Assembly: GCA_028693815.1 (NCBI GenBank)
Contig: JAQUUP010000009.1
Location: forward strand, 1,779 to 65,778
Direction of reading: 5' to 3'
Length of the DNA: 64,000 nt
Source: Candidatus Omnitrophota bacterium
Lineage (GTDB): Bacteria; Omnitrophota; Gorgyraeia; Zapsychrales; Aceulaceae
Shown: positions 8,541 through 18,656 of the stretch, piece by piece
Layout: every line of letters starts with the position of its first letter
How positions within the stretch are numbered: the stretch's first letter is position 1
Notes under the pieces: generated by a model
Seen by the model: only the letters and a program-made list of their open reading frames with translations
Database searches by the model: none
Told to the model about the DNA's origin: nothing
Translations under genes and position numbers: made by a program

Positions 8541-10341
8541 GTGCCTTGTCGATGATTAAGGCATCCCATCCATGGGCTAGAAGTTTTTGTTTGATCTGTT
8601 CTTTTGAGTTCTGATCCCAGTTGATCGGGGTGCTTAGAAAATTCTTTAGAATTCTAAGATTATATTCTTGGTGCTGATTCAATTTTAAAGGAATTTCTTT
8701 ATTTTCTAATTTATTTATAAAAAATGCGAAAAGTCCCCAAAGCAAAGGAATAAACAAAACAAAAAGACATGTAATAAAGTCAAAGGGTTGACTTTTTCCA
8801 AGAATAAATCCTGCCCCACCCCAAAAAGCATCAAAAAGATAATGGCTGACGACAACAGGAATAATGCCAAATCGAAGATAAATAAAAGATAAAAAGAACC
8901 CGAGAATAGAAACCTCGATACCTCGAAACCACATTGGAAAGATTGGATAATGAGTGTGTCCAAATCCCCAGATGATAGATGATAAAATGACGGCGAGAAG
9001 AACGTTTTTGAGAATTTTTGTTCCAAAGTGGATGCCAAAAAGACGAAACATAATCTCTTCGCTTAAGCTTGCTCGAATGGCGATAATAAAAATTGTCAAA
9101 AATGGCCAATAATTTGAGGAAAGCTGCGGGATTTGTAGCCGTTCAATCCAAACATTAAAATATTGTTGGCCGATATAAAAAGCAGCAGACTGGATGCCAA
9201 GCATAATGATTGCACCTAAATAGCCAATGAGTACCAAGAAAAAGATTTCTCGTGATAAGAATCTTGATGAAAGATAAGGAAGAAAACCTTTTTGTTTTTT
9301 TGGAGATTCGCAAGCCATTGATTCGCCAGCAAGTCCTGGTAGAACTAGACTTATGGCGGATAAAAACGCACCGATGACTAAATAAAGGGCCAGTTCCGAG
9401 AAAAAAATCTTTAATGTAGAGGCTGTTGAGTAGTCAAAAAGAAAATTTTGAATATTGTTTAAATGGAAAACAATGAGAAGCACAAATACTACTCCAGCTA
9501 GTATTGCGTAAAAGTTTTTTGTTGCATGCATGGCAATACTATTTTTTTGGATAACGACAAAGAAAATAGCTGCCATTAGCAACAAATAATAAAGGAGCAT
9601 AAAAATTCCAGAGAAAACTCGACCAGATTGTTTGCTATTTTCAATCATGCGAGAGAATTGATCTGGGACATCAAGGTGATTTTTAGAGAAATATAAAATT
9701 TCGTTTCCAGAAATTGTCAGACTTGTAATAAGTTTGGCGGTTCCTGAATTCGGAGTTTTGCTCCAGGGGATTTCGATGCCATTTTTTTGCCAGGCGAAAT
9801 AATAATCTGTTCGGTTGTCACGTTTTTCTGTTGACTCTTCTTTGAAGGTATATCTGGAGAAATCAAAATTAAAATTATCTTTTAAAAAGTTTTTAGCAAG
9901 GAGCTGGGAGTTTTTAGATCCAATCTCTTCTCTTTTGGCGGTGTCAGAAATAATATGTCTAAAAGATATGATGTCTCCGTTTTTGGGATCAATTGAGACT
10001 AAGAATTCTTCTTTTTCATTTTCTTTAAAGAAACGAACTTTCCAATAAAAAAGATTAAAGTCATTCTTTTTGATAAATTCTAGTTCTTTATTAAATCCGA
10101 TGGTTTTTTGAAGATATCGATCAGCGCTTGTTCTTGATTTTAAAATAACAGCATGTTGAAAGTTAGCAAAATCAACATTTTGTTTTTGAGCGATATATTC
10201 TTGAGCAATTTGTAATGCTTGTTTTTTTCCGATGGAAAGATTGAGAAATGAAATTTGCTTGTAGCTTGTTTGTTTCCAAATTAAAAAACTAATGATGGCA
10301 AATAATGATAATACAATCCATGTTTGTTTTTTAATGTTCAT
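8512..10341 (-). CDS. CPBP-family intramembrane glutamic protease (CAAX protease/Abi domain) with a large N-terminal extracytoplasmic domain.
   Basis: The C-terminal multi-TM region carries the three CPBP motifs: SEEIMFR (EExxxR), FGHTH (FxxxH) and HYLFDAF (HxxxD). The N-terminus has a signal/TM segment then a ~200 aa soluble domain. Confidence 0.7.
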   Translation of the reverse strand: MNIKKQTWIVLSLFAIISFLIWKQTSYKQISFLNLSIGKKQALQIAQEYIAQKQNVDFANFQHAVILKSRTSADRYLQKTIGFNKELEFIKKNDFNLFYWKVRFFKENEKEEFLVSIDPKNGDIISFRHIISDTAKREEIGSKNSQLLAKNFLKDNFNFDFSRYTFKEESTEKRDNRTDYYFAWQKNGIEIPWSKTPNSGTAKLITSLTISGNEILYFSKNHLDVPDQFSRMIENSKQSGRVFSGIFMLLYYLLLMAAIFFVVIQKNSIAMHATKNFYAILAGVVFVLLIVFHLNNIQNFLFDYSTASTLKIFFSELALYLVIGAFLSAISLVLPGLAGESMACESPKKQKGFLPYLSSRFLSREIFFLVLIGYLGAIIMLGIQSAAFYIGQQYFNVWIERLQIPQLSSNYWPFLTIFIIAIRASLSEEIMFRLFGIHFGTKILKNVLLAVILSSIIWGFGHTHYPIFPMWFRGIEVSILGFFLSFIYLRFGIIPVVVSHYLFDAFWGGAGFILGKSQPFDFITCLFVLFIPLLWGLFAFFINKLENKEIPLKLNQHQEYNLRILKNFLSTPINWDQNSKEQIKQKLLAHGWDALIIDKALELLEKKES

Positions 10342-10361
10342 AGCGTTTTAAGCCTCGATGA

Positions 10362-11027
10362 TTAAAATAAATGCAGCGTCTCTGGAGGAAGTCTTTTGAG
10401 TTCTTGGTTGCCAAGAATCTTTATAGACCAGCGAAGCAATTCAATTTTTTGTTTTAGTCGTTCATTTGGTTCTGTGATATTACGTATTTTCTTTCGGGAT
10501 AAGAATAATATTTTTCGAAGTGTATTGAAAATAATGCGAGCCTCTCTGGCTCTGTTTTGACCGGATGAAATAATGTTATTGATATAAGTGAATGAGAGCT
10601 CGTTTGCGGTTGTGTTGTAATGATCAAGGTCTCGGATTAAATTTGGGACCATTGATTTAAAATATTTATATCGGTCCATTTCACAAAGGGTATACATGAT
10701 CTCAATTTCTACGAAGATTGAGTCCGTTCGGCTAAGTCGACGAATTAGAGATCGAATGGCTAGTTTTTTTTCTCTAGAAAAGATAACTTGAGCGAATTTT
10801 TCTCTAAAAATACGCACAGCAGCAGCAGTTTTGTACTGGGAAAGCGTTTCATCATCAACCATGGCAAGAAGGACATTTTTAGGTTCGTTGGCGTATTGCT
10901 TAGAATACTCTTCTAAAAGGTTTTTGTCGTTAAAAATCCCATGCTGAGTTTGTGCGTAAGTAAGCGTTGATTGTAGTGTACAGAATGAGACAAGTAAAAT
11001 AAACAATGAATAAAAAATAGTTTTCAT
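10362..11027 (-). CDS. Hypothetical secreted protein.
   Basis: MKTIFYSLFILLVSFCTLQSTLTYA is a signal peptide. No recognisable domain. Confidence 0.45.
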   Translation of the reverse strand: MKTIFYSLFILLVSFCTLQSTLTYAQTQHGIFNDKNLLEEYSKQYANEPKNVLLAMVDDETLSQYKTAAAVRIFREKFAQVIFSREKKLAIRSLIRRLSRTDSIFVEIEIMYTLCEMDRYKYFKSMVPNLIRDLDHYNTTANELSFTYINNIISSGQNRAREARIIFNTLRKILFLSRKKIRNITEPNERLKQKIELLRWSIKILGNQELKRLPPETLHLF

Positions 11028-11028
11028 T

Positions 11029-11880
11029 TTATTGGGTAATCTCCATTGAAACATTGATTGATTTTTTCGTATGAGTTAATGCGCCGATTGAAATACGGTC
11101 AACGCCAGTTTGAGCATACGACCTGACATTCTCTAGATTGACCCCTCCTGAAACTTCTAGCTCAGGGTTTCCTTTTTTGTGCTTATTTTCTTTGCTAAAG
11201 GCGACGGCTTTTTTGATTTGTGCTAAATTCATGTTGTCAAGTAGGATGATGTCAGGACCAGCTAGCCAAGCTTCCTTAAAATGATCGAGGTCCTCTATTT
11301 CAATTGTAATCAATTTTTTCGTCTTTTTTCGTGCTGCTGTTAGCATGTCTTTAACAGGCATTTGCGGGCAGGCAATATGGTGATTGTCCTTAATGAGCAC
11401 CATTTCGCCTAAATTAAGACGATGATTCGTGCCTCCTGCTTTTTTGACGGCGAGTTTTTCTAGGAAGCGTAATCCTGGTGTTGTTTTTCTCGTATCAAGT
11501 ATTTTAGCCTTGTAGGGTTTAATCGCATTTACAAACTCCGTTGTATTTGTTGCAATGGCAGAAAGATGGCTTAAGAAATTTAACGCAATTCTCTCCCCTG
11601 TTAAAAGGGCGCGCGTTTTTCCTCGTAATTTTATAATACGTGTTTCAGCTTTAACAATATCGCCGTCTTTAAAAAATGTTTTTATTTTAATGTTTTTATC
11701 TAGTTTCTTAAAAACAGCTTTTACGACATCGAATCCAACAAATGTTGCTTTTTGATGCGTTACAATATATGCATCGCAGATCATATTTTTTGGAATAAAA
11801 ATATTGGTTGTGATATCTTGCTGTCCGATATCCTCTTTAAGGGCGATATTAATGAGTTGTTCGATTTGTTTTTTGCTCAT
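11029..11880 (-). CDS. nadC: Nicotinate-nucleotide pyrophosphorylase, carboxylating (quinolinate phosphoribosyltransferase).
   Basis: QPRTase-family similarity, including the LLDNM region. Confidence 0.85.
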   Translation of the reverse strand: MSKKQIEQLINIALKEDIGQQDITTNIFIPKNMICDAYIVTHQKATFVGFDVVKAVFKKLDKNIKIKTFFKDGDIVKAETRIIKLRGKTRALLTGERIALNFLSHLSAIATNTTEFVNAIKPYKAKILDTRKTTPGLRFLEKLAVKKAGGTNHRLNLGEMVLIKDNHHIACPQMPVKDMLTAARKKTKKLITIEIEDLDHFKEAWLAGPDIILLDNMNLAQIKKAVAFSKENKHKKGNPELEVSGGVNLENVRSYAQTGVDRISIGALTHTKKSINVSMEITQ

Positions 11881-11884
11881 ATCG

Positions 11885-14518
11885 TTAAGATAAATCCTTT
11901 ATAATAGAGGTTAGCTCGCTAATATTATTTGTAATTTCTTTAAGGCGCACGGTCTCTTTTTCGATTACGTCTTTGGGTGCTTTCTTTAAGAAATCTTTGT
12001 TTTTAAGTCGGGCAGAGAGTCCTTTGAGAGCCGATTGACTCTGAAAAAGCTGTTCTTTAATTCTATTCTTTTCTCGACCAATATCAATAATTCCAGAAAG
12101 TGGAATATAAAACTTTATTTCTCCAGAAATTCCAGCGGCAGCGTCTTTTGAAGAGAAATCATTGCCAAATTTAAGATTTTCGATGCTTGAAAGTGAGCGT
12201 ATGATTTCAGCGTTCTCTTTAAAGCTTTTAAGAATTTTATTAGTTCCAATCAAAACGCAATCACTTTTTGTTGAAGGCTGGATGCGCCATTGTGCTCTGA
12301 CGTTACGGACAGACACAATAAGATCAAAAATATTTTTCATATCTGATTCAATTGAAGTGTTGATAAGTTTTTTGTTTGTTTTCGGCCAGGATTGCTTTGC
12401 TAAAGACTTGTCTTCAGGATGGATGTTGTGCCATATTTCTTCGCTTACAAAAGGCATAAATGGGTGGATCATTCGAAGAATTTGTTCTAAAACAAAAAGT
12501 GTTACAACTTTAACGTTTTTGTTTTCAAAGTTGTTTTTAATCATTTCAAGATACCAATCACAGAAATTCTTCCAAATAAAATCATAAATAATGTTTTCGG
12601 CCTCTGAGAATTTGTATTTCTCGATTGCATCTTCAAGCTCTAAAAGCGTTATTTGCATCCGAGAGAGAATCCATTGGCAAGGCATGACAAGATCTTCTTT
12701 TTTAATATCCGCAAAATCTTGGTCTAGATGCGCTGTGTTTAAGTCAGCTGTATTCATGAAAATAAGACGAGATGCATTCCAGATTTTATTTGCAAAATTT
12801 CTTCCAATTTCAAATTTTTCTTTAGAGATAAATAGATCTTGGCCGGAATTCATAATTAAGCTAAAGCGAAGAGCATCGGCCCCATATTCTTTGATGATTT
12901 CTAGTGGGTCAATGGCGTTCCCAAGTGACTTTGACATCTTTTTTCCTTCAGCATCTCTAACGGTTCCATGAAGATAAACATCGGAAAAAGGAATATCTCC
13001 CATGAATTCAAGGCCGGCCATGATCATGCGCGCAACCCAGAAAAAAATAATTTCTGGAGCGGTGAAAAGCGATTTTGTAGGATAAAAATACTTTAGGTCA
13101 TCATTTTTTTCTGGCCACCCCAACGTGGCAAATGGCCAAAGCCATGAAGAAAACCAAGTGTCTAAAACATCGGGATCTTGATAGAGATCCTCCTTTTTAC
13201 ATTCTGGGCAACATTTTGGTGTTTCTTCAGAAACAATGAATTTTTCATCGCCGCAAGATTTGCAGTACCAAACCGGAATGCGGTGCCCCCACCATATTTG
13301 CCTTGAAATACACCAGTCTCGAATGCCTTCCATCCAGTTGACGTAAACTTTTGTCCAGCGATCAGGGTAAAATTTGACTTTTCCTTTTTTGACGACATCA
13401 AGTGCTGGCTTAGCTAAAGGTTTCATTTTGACAAACCATTGCTTTGATAGATATGGTTCAACAACGGTATGGCAACGATAGCAGTGTCCAACCGCATGTT
13501 GGTGTTGATCGATTTTAACAAGTAAGTTTTGCTGTTTTAGTTTTTCGATGATAATCTTACGTGCTTCGAAGCGATCTAGATTTTTAAATTCTTTTGTATT
13601 TTCGTTTAAAGTCGCATCCGCATTAAGAATGTTAATGAATTCTAGGTTGTGGCGTTTTCCCATATTAAAATCATTGGGATCATGAGCCGGCGTTACTTTA
13701 ACCGCGCCTGTTCCAAATGTAGGATCCACAAAATCATCGGCAATAATTTTTATTTCACGATTCATTAAAGGCAAAATGAGGATTTTGCCAATAAGATTTT
13801 TGTATCGTTTGTCTTTTGGATTAACAGCTACTGCTGTGTCGCCAAGCATAGTTTCTGGGCGGGTTGTGGCAACAGTGACGTATTGGTTGGGGTTATCTTT
13901 AAAAGGATATTGGATATGATAAAGTGACCCTTGCGTATCTTGATGCTCGGCCTCTTCATCCGAAAGGGCCGTGTGGCATCGTGGACACCAATTAATAATG
14001 TATTGTCCTCTGTAGATCAGGCCTTTTTTATAAAGCTTAACAAATACGGTATTAACGGATTTTGAATATGAGCCATCCATTGTAAAGCGTGTACGCTCCC
14101 AGTCACATGATGAGCCAAGTTTTTTTAGCTGATGGATGATTGTATCGCCATATTGTTTTTTCCATGCCCAAAGTCTATCTAGAAAATCTTCGCGACTAAT
14201 ATCGTGACGTGTTTTTCCTTCTTTAGCGAGTTGTTTTTCAACGACATTTTGTGTAGCAATTCCTGCATGGTCTGTGCCAGGCATCCAGAGCGTCTCAAAG
14301 CCTTTCATTCGCTTGTATCGAATGATGATATCTTGCAGCGTATTGTTGAGCGCGTGGCCCATATGTAAAATCCCGGTGACATTCGGCGGTGGAATGACAA
14401 TAGAATATGGTTTTTTATCTTTATTGTACTGGGCATGAAAAATGTTATTTTCTTCCCAGCTTTGGCCCCATTTGTCTTCAACTTCTTGAGGCGTGTAGCG
14501 TGCAGGTATTTCGTTCAT
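11885..14518 (-). CDS. valS: Valine--tRNA ligase.
   Basis: HMGH (HIGH) and KMSKS motifs; 877 aa with a C-terminal coiled coil. Confidence 0.95.
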   Translation of the reverse strand: MNEIPARYTPQEVEDKWGQSWEENNIFHAQYNKDKKPYSIVIPPPNVTGILHMGHALNNTLQDIIIRYKRMKGFETLWMPGTDHAGIATQNVVEKQLAKEGKTRHDISREDFLDRLWAWKKQYGDTIIHQLKKLGSSCDWERTRFTMDGSYSKSVNTVFVKLYKKGLIYRGQYIINWCPRCHTALSDEEAEHQDTQGSLYHIQYPFKDNPNQYVTVATTRPETMLGDTAVAVNPKDKRYKNLIGKILILPLMNREIKIIADDFVDPTFGTGAVKVTPAHDPNDFNMGKRHNLEFINILNADATLNENTKEFKNLDRFEARKIIIEKLKQQNLLVKIDQHQHAVGHCYRCHTVVEPYLSKQWFVKMKPLAKPALDVVKKGKVKFYPDRWTKVYVNWMEGIRDWCISRQIWWGHRIPVWYCKSCGDEKFIVSEETPKCCPECKKEDLYQDPDVLDTWFSSWLWPFATLGWPEKNDDLKYFYPTKSLFTAPEIIFFWVARMIMAGLEFMGDIPFSDVYLHGTVRDAEGKKMSKSLGNAIDPLEIIKEYGADALRFSLIMNSGQDLFISKEKFEIGRNFANKIWNASRLIFMNTADLNTAHLDQDFADIKKEDLVMPCQWILSRMQITLLELEDAIEKYKFSEAENIIYDFIWKNFCDWYLEMIKNNFENKNVKVVTLFVLEQILRMIHPFMPFVSEEIWHNIHPEDKSLAKQSWPKTNKKLINTSIESDMKNIFDLIVSVRNVRAQWRIQPSTKSDCVLIGTNKILKSFKENAEIIRSLSSIENLKFGNDFSSKDAAAGISGEIKFYIPLSGIIDIGREKNRIKEQLFQSQSALKGLSARLKNKDFLKKAPKDVIEKETVRLKEITNNISELTSIIKDLS

Positions 14519-14519
14519 T

Positions 14520-16088
14520 TTATTTTTTGGAATCTTTCAGTAATTTATATTCAATGCTGTCGATTAAGGCTTCCCAGCTGGCTTCGATAATATTTTCATG
14601 AACACCAACTGTTGTCCAACAATCAGTTTCATCTTGAGATTCGATTAAAACACGGACTTTCGCTGCTGTTGCCGATTTTGAATCAATGACTCTAACCTTG
14701 TAGTCTGTTAGGTGCATTTTAGAAAGTCCGGGATAGAATTTTGTTAAAACTTTTCGCAAGGCGCAGTCAAGTGCATCGACGGGCCCATCGCCATCAGAAG
14801 CACTAAAAACTTCTTCTCCTTTAACTTTGATACGAACAGAGGCTTCGGCAAAAACTTTTCCATCGTATCGCTTTTCAGTTGTTACCTTAAAACCTTCAAG
14901 GATAAAAAATGGCGTATATTTTTTTAATTCTCTTTTCATAAAAATTTCAAATGAAGCATCCGCAGCCTCAAATTGATAGCCTTTATGCTCTTTTGCCTGA
15001 AGGCTTTTTAGCATTTTTTTAGCGGCAGAAGATTTTTTATCAAGAGTGACATTCATTGATTGAGCTTTGAGTATGATTGGCATTTTGCCTGCAAGTTCTG
15101 ATGTGACAAATCGTCTGTGATTTCCGATAACTTGAGGATCGATGTGTTCGTATGCGGACGTATTTTTTAGCATGGCATCAATATGAACGCCGCCTTTATG
15201 CGCAAAAGCAGAGTGCCCAACAAACGCATGGTTATCAGGAAGTTTAACATTGCTAATTTCGCTAATAAAATATGACGTTTCTGTTAGGTGTTTTATTTTT
15301 GATGCTGGAATTGATTTATGTTTTGTTTTTGTGTGTAAAATTCCAACAATGGTCGTTAGGTCGGCATTGCCACAGCGCTCCCCTAGACCGTTAAAAGTTC
15401 CTTGGATTTGTGTGCATCCACATTCAACTGCCATAAGGCTATTGGCGGCTGCTAAATCAAGATCATTGTGGCAGTGGATTCCTAGAGGAATTTTTATTTC
15501 TGTTTTAATTTTAGAAATAATTTCTTTTATTTCACCGGGAAGTGTTCCGCCATTTGTATCACAGAGGATGATGCAATCAGCTTTGGCTGATTGTGCAGCT
15601 AATAATGTTTTAAGCGCGTATTCAGGATTTCTTTTATATGCATCAAAGAAATGTTCTGCATCGTAAAAGACTTCTCTTTTCTTTTTCTTTAAGAATGTGA
15701 TCGAATCTGAAATCATAGCTAGATTTTCTTCTAGCGTTGTTTTTAAAACATCTAGAACATGAAAATCTGAGCTTTTTCCAAAGATAGTGATTGTTTTAGC
15801 TTGGGATTTGATTAGTTCTTTTAAATTGTGATCCTCAGATGGCTTGATTTTAGCGCGACGCGTTGAACCAAAGGCCGCAATAATGGAGTTTTTTAATTTC
15901 CGTGTTTGAATAATTTTAAAGAATTCTTTATCTTTTGGATTTGAGCCTGGCCAACCACCTTCAATGTAGTGAACGCCAAGTTCATCAAGCTTTTCAGCAA
16001 TTCGTACTTTATCATTTGCAGAGAAAGAAACACCTTCAGTTTGCGATCCATCTCGCAGTGTTGTGTCATAGATCGTGATGGTCGACAT
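14520..16088 (-). CDS. cimA: (R)-citramalate synthase (LeuA-related, CimA type).
   Basis: YDTTLRDGSQ...HYIEGGWPGSNPKD matches the CimA (TIGR00977-like) N-terminus as I recall it. Start at ATG 16086-16088 (MSTITIY), preceded by GGAAAGGA. Confidence 0.75.
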   Translation of the reverse strand: MSTITIYDTTLRDGSQTEGVSFSANDKVRIAEKLDELGVHYIEGGWPGSNPKDKEFFKIIQTRKLKNSIIAAFGSTRRAKIKPSEDHNLKELIKSQAKTITIFGKSSDFHVLDVLKTTLEENLAMISDSITFLKKKKREVFYDAEHFFDAYKRNPEYALKTLLAAQSAKADCIILCDTNGGTLPGEIKEIISKIKTEIKIPLGIHCHNDLDLAAANSLMAVECGCTQIQGTFNGLGERCGNADLTTIVGILHTKTKHKSIPASKIKHLTETSYFISEISNVKLPDNHAFVGHSAFAHKGGVHIDAMLKNTSAYEHIDPQVIGNHRRFVTSELAGKMPIILKAQSMNVTLDKKSSAAKKMLKSLQAKEHKGYQFEAADASFEIFMKRELKKYTPFFILEGFKVTTEKRYDGKVFAEASVRIKVKGEEVFSASDGDGPVDALDCALRKVLTKFYPGLSKMHLTDYKVRVIDSKSATAAKVRVLIESQDETDCWTTVGVHENIIEASWEALIDSIEYKLLKDSKK

Positions 16089-16089
16089 A

Positions 16090-17316
16090 TTATCCGATCC
16101 TTTCCAAATTAAATTTTTTATGTAAAATACGAACAGCCTTATCAACAAATTTACGATTAATAATACAGGATATGCTAATTTCAGATGTTGTAATCATTTC
16201 GATATTGACTTTATTGTCTGCGAGTGCTTGAAACATTTGTGCTGCAACGCCTTTGTGAGAACGCATGCCAGAACCAACCACAGAAACACGTGCAATGTCT
16301 TTGTCTGAAAGAACATCGCCAATTTTTATTTTTTGGGAGAGGTCTTTTATTGTTTTAAGAGCCTTGCTTAATTCTGTTTTTGGGACAGTAAACGAAATAT
16401 CTGTTTGCCTGGTATGACTTATGTTTTGTACGATGGTATCAACATTAACACCAGCTTTTGAAATTTCTGTAAATATTCTAGCCGCAACGCCTGGCTTATC
16501 TGGAACGTTACAGATTGTTACTTTTGCTTCTGATTTGTTGCACGTAACGCCTCTAACCGAGACACTTTCCATTTTTTCATTTTTTTTAATAATCATGGTT
16601 CCTTCCTCCTTGGAAAAACTAGATCGAACATGCATTGGAATGTTATATTTTTTTGCAACCTCAATAGAGCGCGATTGCATAACTTGGGCACCTAAAGCAG
16701 CCATTTCAAGCATTTCTTCATAGGTAATTCTTGAAATCTTTTTTGCTTTCTTTTCTATTCTTGGGTCTGTTGTGTAGATTCCTTTAACGTCGGTATAAAT
16801 TTCGCAAACATTGGCATCCAGAGCTTTGGCTAGAGCTACGGCTGTTAAGTCAGAGCCGCCTCTTCCAAGCGTTGTTATCTCAAGATCAGACGTAATGCCT
16901 TGAAATCCTGCAACAATAACAATTTTTCTTTTTTCTAGAGCTTTTCGAATTCTTTTGGCATCGATTTTTATGATTTTAGCTTTTGTGTGTGATTTATCTG
17001 TTCTAATGCCGACTTGCCCACCTGTAAATGAAATGGCATCATGTCCAAGTTTTTTAACAGCCATTGCTAAAAGAGCACACGAAATTTGTTCTCCTGTTGA
17101 TATAAGCATATCCATTTCGCGTTCAGGAGGCGTTTTATCGATTGAAAATGCTAATTCTTCAAGCTCATCAGTTGTGTCTCCTAGCGCGGAAACAACAACG
17201 ACAACGTCTTGATTATGTTTTTTATAGGAAACAATCCTTTTGGCGACTTCTTTGATACGGTCAATGTTAGCGACTGATGAACCGCCAAATTTTTGCACAA
17301 TAATTCTTCTTTCCAT
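16090..17316 (-). CDS. lysC: Aspartate kinase with C-terminal ACT domains.
   Basis: IVQKFGGSSV is the aspartokinase N-terminus. Start ATG 17314-17316, with AAGAGGAA as RBS. Confidence 0.9.
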   Translation of the reverse strand: MERRIIVQKFGGSSVANIDRIKEVAKRIVSYKKHNQDVVVVVSALGDTTDELEELAFSIDKTPPEREMDMLISTGEQISCALLAMAVKKLGHDAISFTGGQVGIRTDKSHTKAKIIKIDAKRIRKALEKRKIVIVAGFQGITSDLEITTLGRGGSDLTAVALAKALDANVCEIYTDVKGIYTTDPRIEKKAKKISRITYEEMLEMAALGAQVMQSRSIEVAKKYNIPMHVRSSFSKEEGTMIIKKNEKMESVSVRGVTCNKSEAKVTICNVPDKPGVAARIFTEISKAGVNVDTIVQNISHTRQTDISFTVPKTELSKALKTIKDLSQKIKIGDVLSDKDIARVSVVGSGMRSHKGVAAQMFQALADNKVNIEMITTSEISISCIINRKFVDKAVRILHKKFNLERIG

Positions 17317-17453
17317 CGTATTCCTCTTTTTTGTTAAAATTTTCTTTAAATTTTTCAAAATAAGCAGAAATGTTATTATAAGAACTATAGAAATAAATAC
17401 AAGTAAAAAATATTTATATAATACTTAAAAACAGTATAAAAAGTTGATATTAG

Positions 17454-18656
17454 CTATAAATATTTGTTGATAAAACAATCCATCAGCTGCTCTCCTGTTT
17501 CAAATGAAAGTCCTGATTGATCAGATGTTTTTTCACAAAAAGAAATATTGTCATTTTTAGGGATGCCTTTGCCGAACATTTCAAAACAAACTGATTCGCT
17601 TGTGTGCGTTCTCTTTTCAACTGGTGTTCTATGGTCAGGTAGAACGAGAATACGAAAATCATCATTTAGGTTAAAATGATTTAGAATGGCTCCAATAATC
17701 TCTTTATCGATTCGTTCGATAGACTCAATTTTCATCTTCAGGTCACCATTATGGCTTGCTTCGTCAGGTGCTTCAATGTGAATAAAAACAAAATCTTTTG
17801 TTTTTAAAGAATCAAGAGCGTATTGAGCTTTTCCTGAGAAATTAGTATCATAATATCCCGTGACGCCTGGAACATTAATCACCTCAAGGCCAGCTAGCTT
17901 TCCAATGCCGTTGACAAGATCCACAGCAGAAATTACAGAGCCTGTTAGTTCAAATTTTTCTTTGAACAGAGGAAGATCAGGTTTGATGCCTTGCCCCCAG
18001 AGCCAAATGTTATTTGCTGGATTTTGTTTTAAATCAATGCGGATTTCATTGATATGATGTTTTTGAAGAATGTCCTTTGCTTTTTCCATAATTGCCAAAA
18101 GCGTTTGCGCATGCATCCCGTTTGGTAGATGTGAATTAATGTTTTGATTTGAAATATCATGCGGAGGTGTGCAGTTAATTTTTGCAAGAGCCTTTGGGTC
18201 TCGACATTTAATGACCACAAGATGTCGATAGCTTTTTCCAGGATAAAATGTAACATTGGGGATGTTTATTTCTTTGTTTAGAGAATCAATGATGGTTCCG
18301 GCTTCTTTCGATGTAATATGCCCAGCGCTATAGTCAATCATGACATTATTTTCAATAGTGACAAGATTACATCGAAATGCAATTTCATCGTTTGCTAGAT
18401 TAATTCCAAGATTAGCAGCTTCAAGCGGCGCTCTTCCAGAAAAGAATTTTCTTGGATCATATCCAAGGGTAGAAAGATTTCCAACATCAGATCCAGCAGG
18501 CAGACCCTTAGGAATAGTGTAAACAGAGCCAATTAGCCCATTTCGTGCAATAAAATCCATATTGACAGTATTGGCATGTTCTAGCGGAGTTTTTCCTCCG
18601 AGCTCTTTAATGGGATAATCAGCCATCCCATCAGGCACAACGACAATGTATTTCAA
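17454..18656 (-). CDS. Cofactor-independent phosphoglycerate mutase homologue (archaeal ApgM type). Context suggests the 'proposed homoserine kinase' family.
   Basis: MKYIVVVPDGMADYP belongs to the ApgM/iPGM-like metalloenzyme family. The gene sits between lysC and coaB-thrC-hom, and no thrB is present in the cluster. Confidence 0.7.
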   Translation of the reverse strand: MKYIVVVPDGMADYPIKELGGKTPLEHANTVNMDFIARNGLIGSVYTIPKGLPAGSDVGNLSTLGYDPRKFFSGRAPLEAANLGINLANDEIAFRCNLVTIENNVMIDYSAGHITSKEAGTIIDSLNKEINIPNVTFYPGKSYRHLVVIKCRDPKALAKINCTPPHDISNQNINSHLPNGMHAQTLLAIMEKAKDILQKHHINEIRIDLKQNPANNIWLWGQGIKPDLPLFKEKFELTGSVISAVDLVNGIGKLAGLEVINVPGVTGYYDTNFSGKAQYALDSLKTKDFVFIHIEAPDEASHNGDLKMKIESIERIDKEIIGAILNHFNLNDDFRILVLPDHRTPVEKRTHTSESVCFEMFGKGIPKNDNISFCEKTSDQSGLSFETGEQLMDCFINKYL

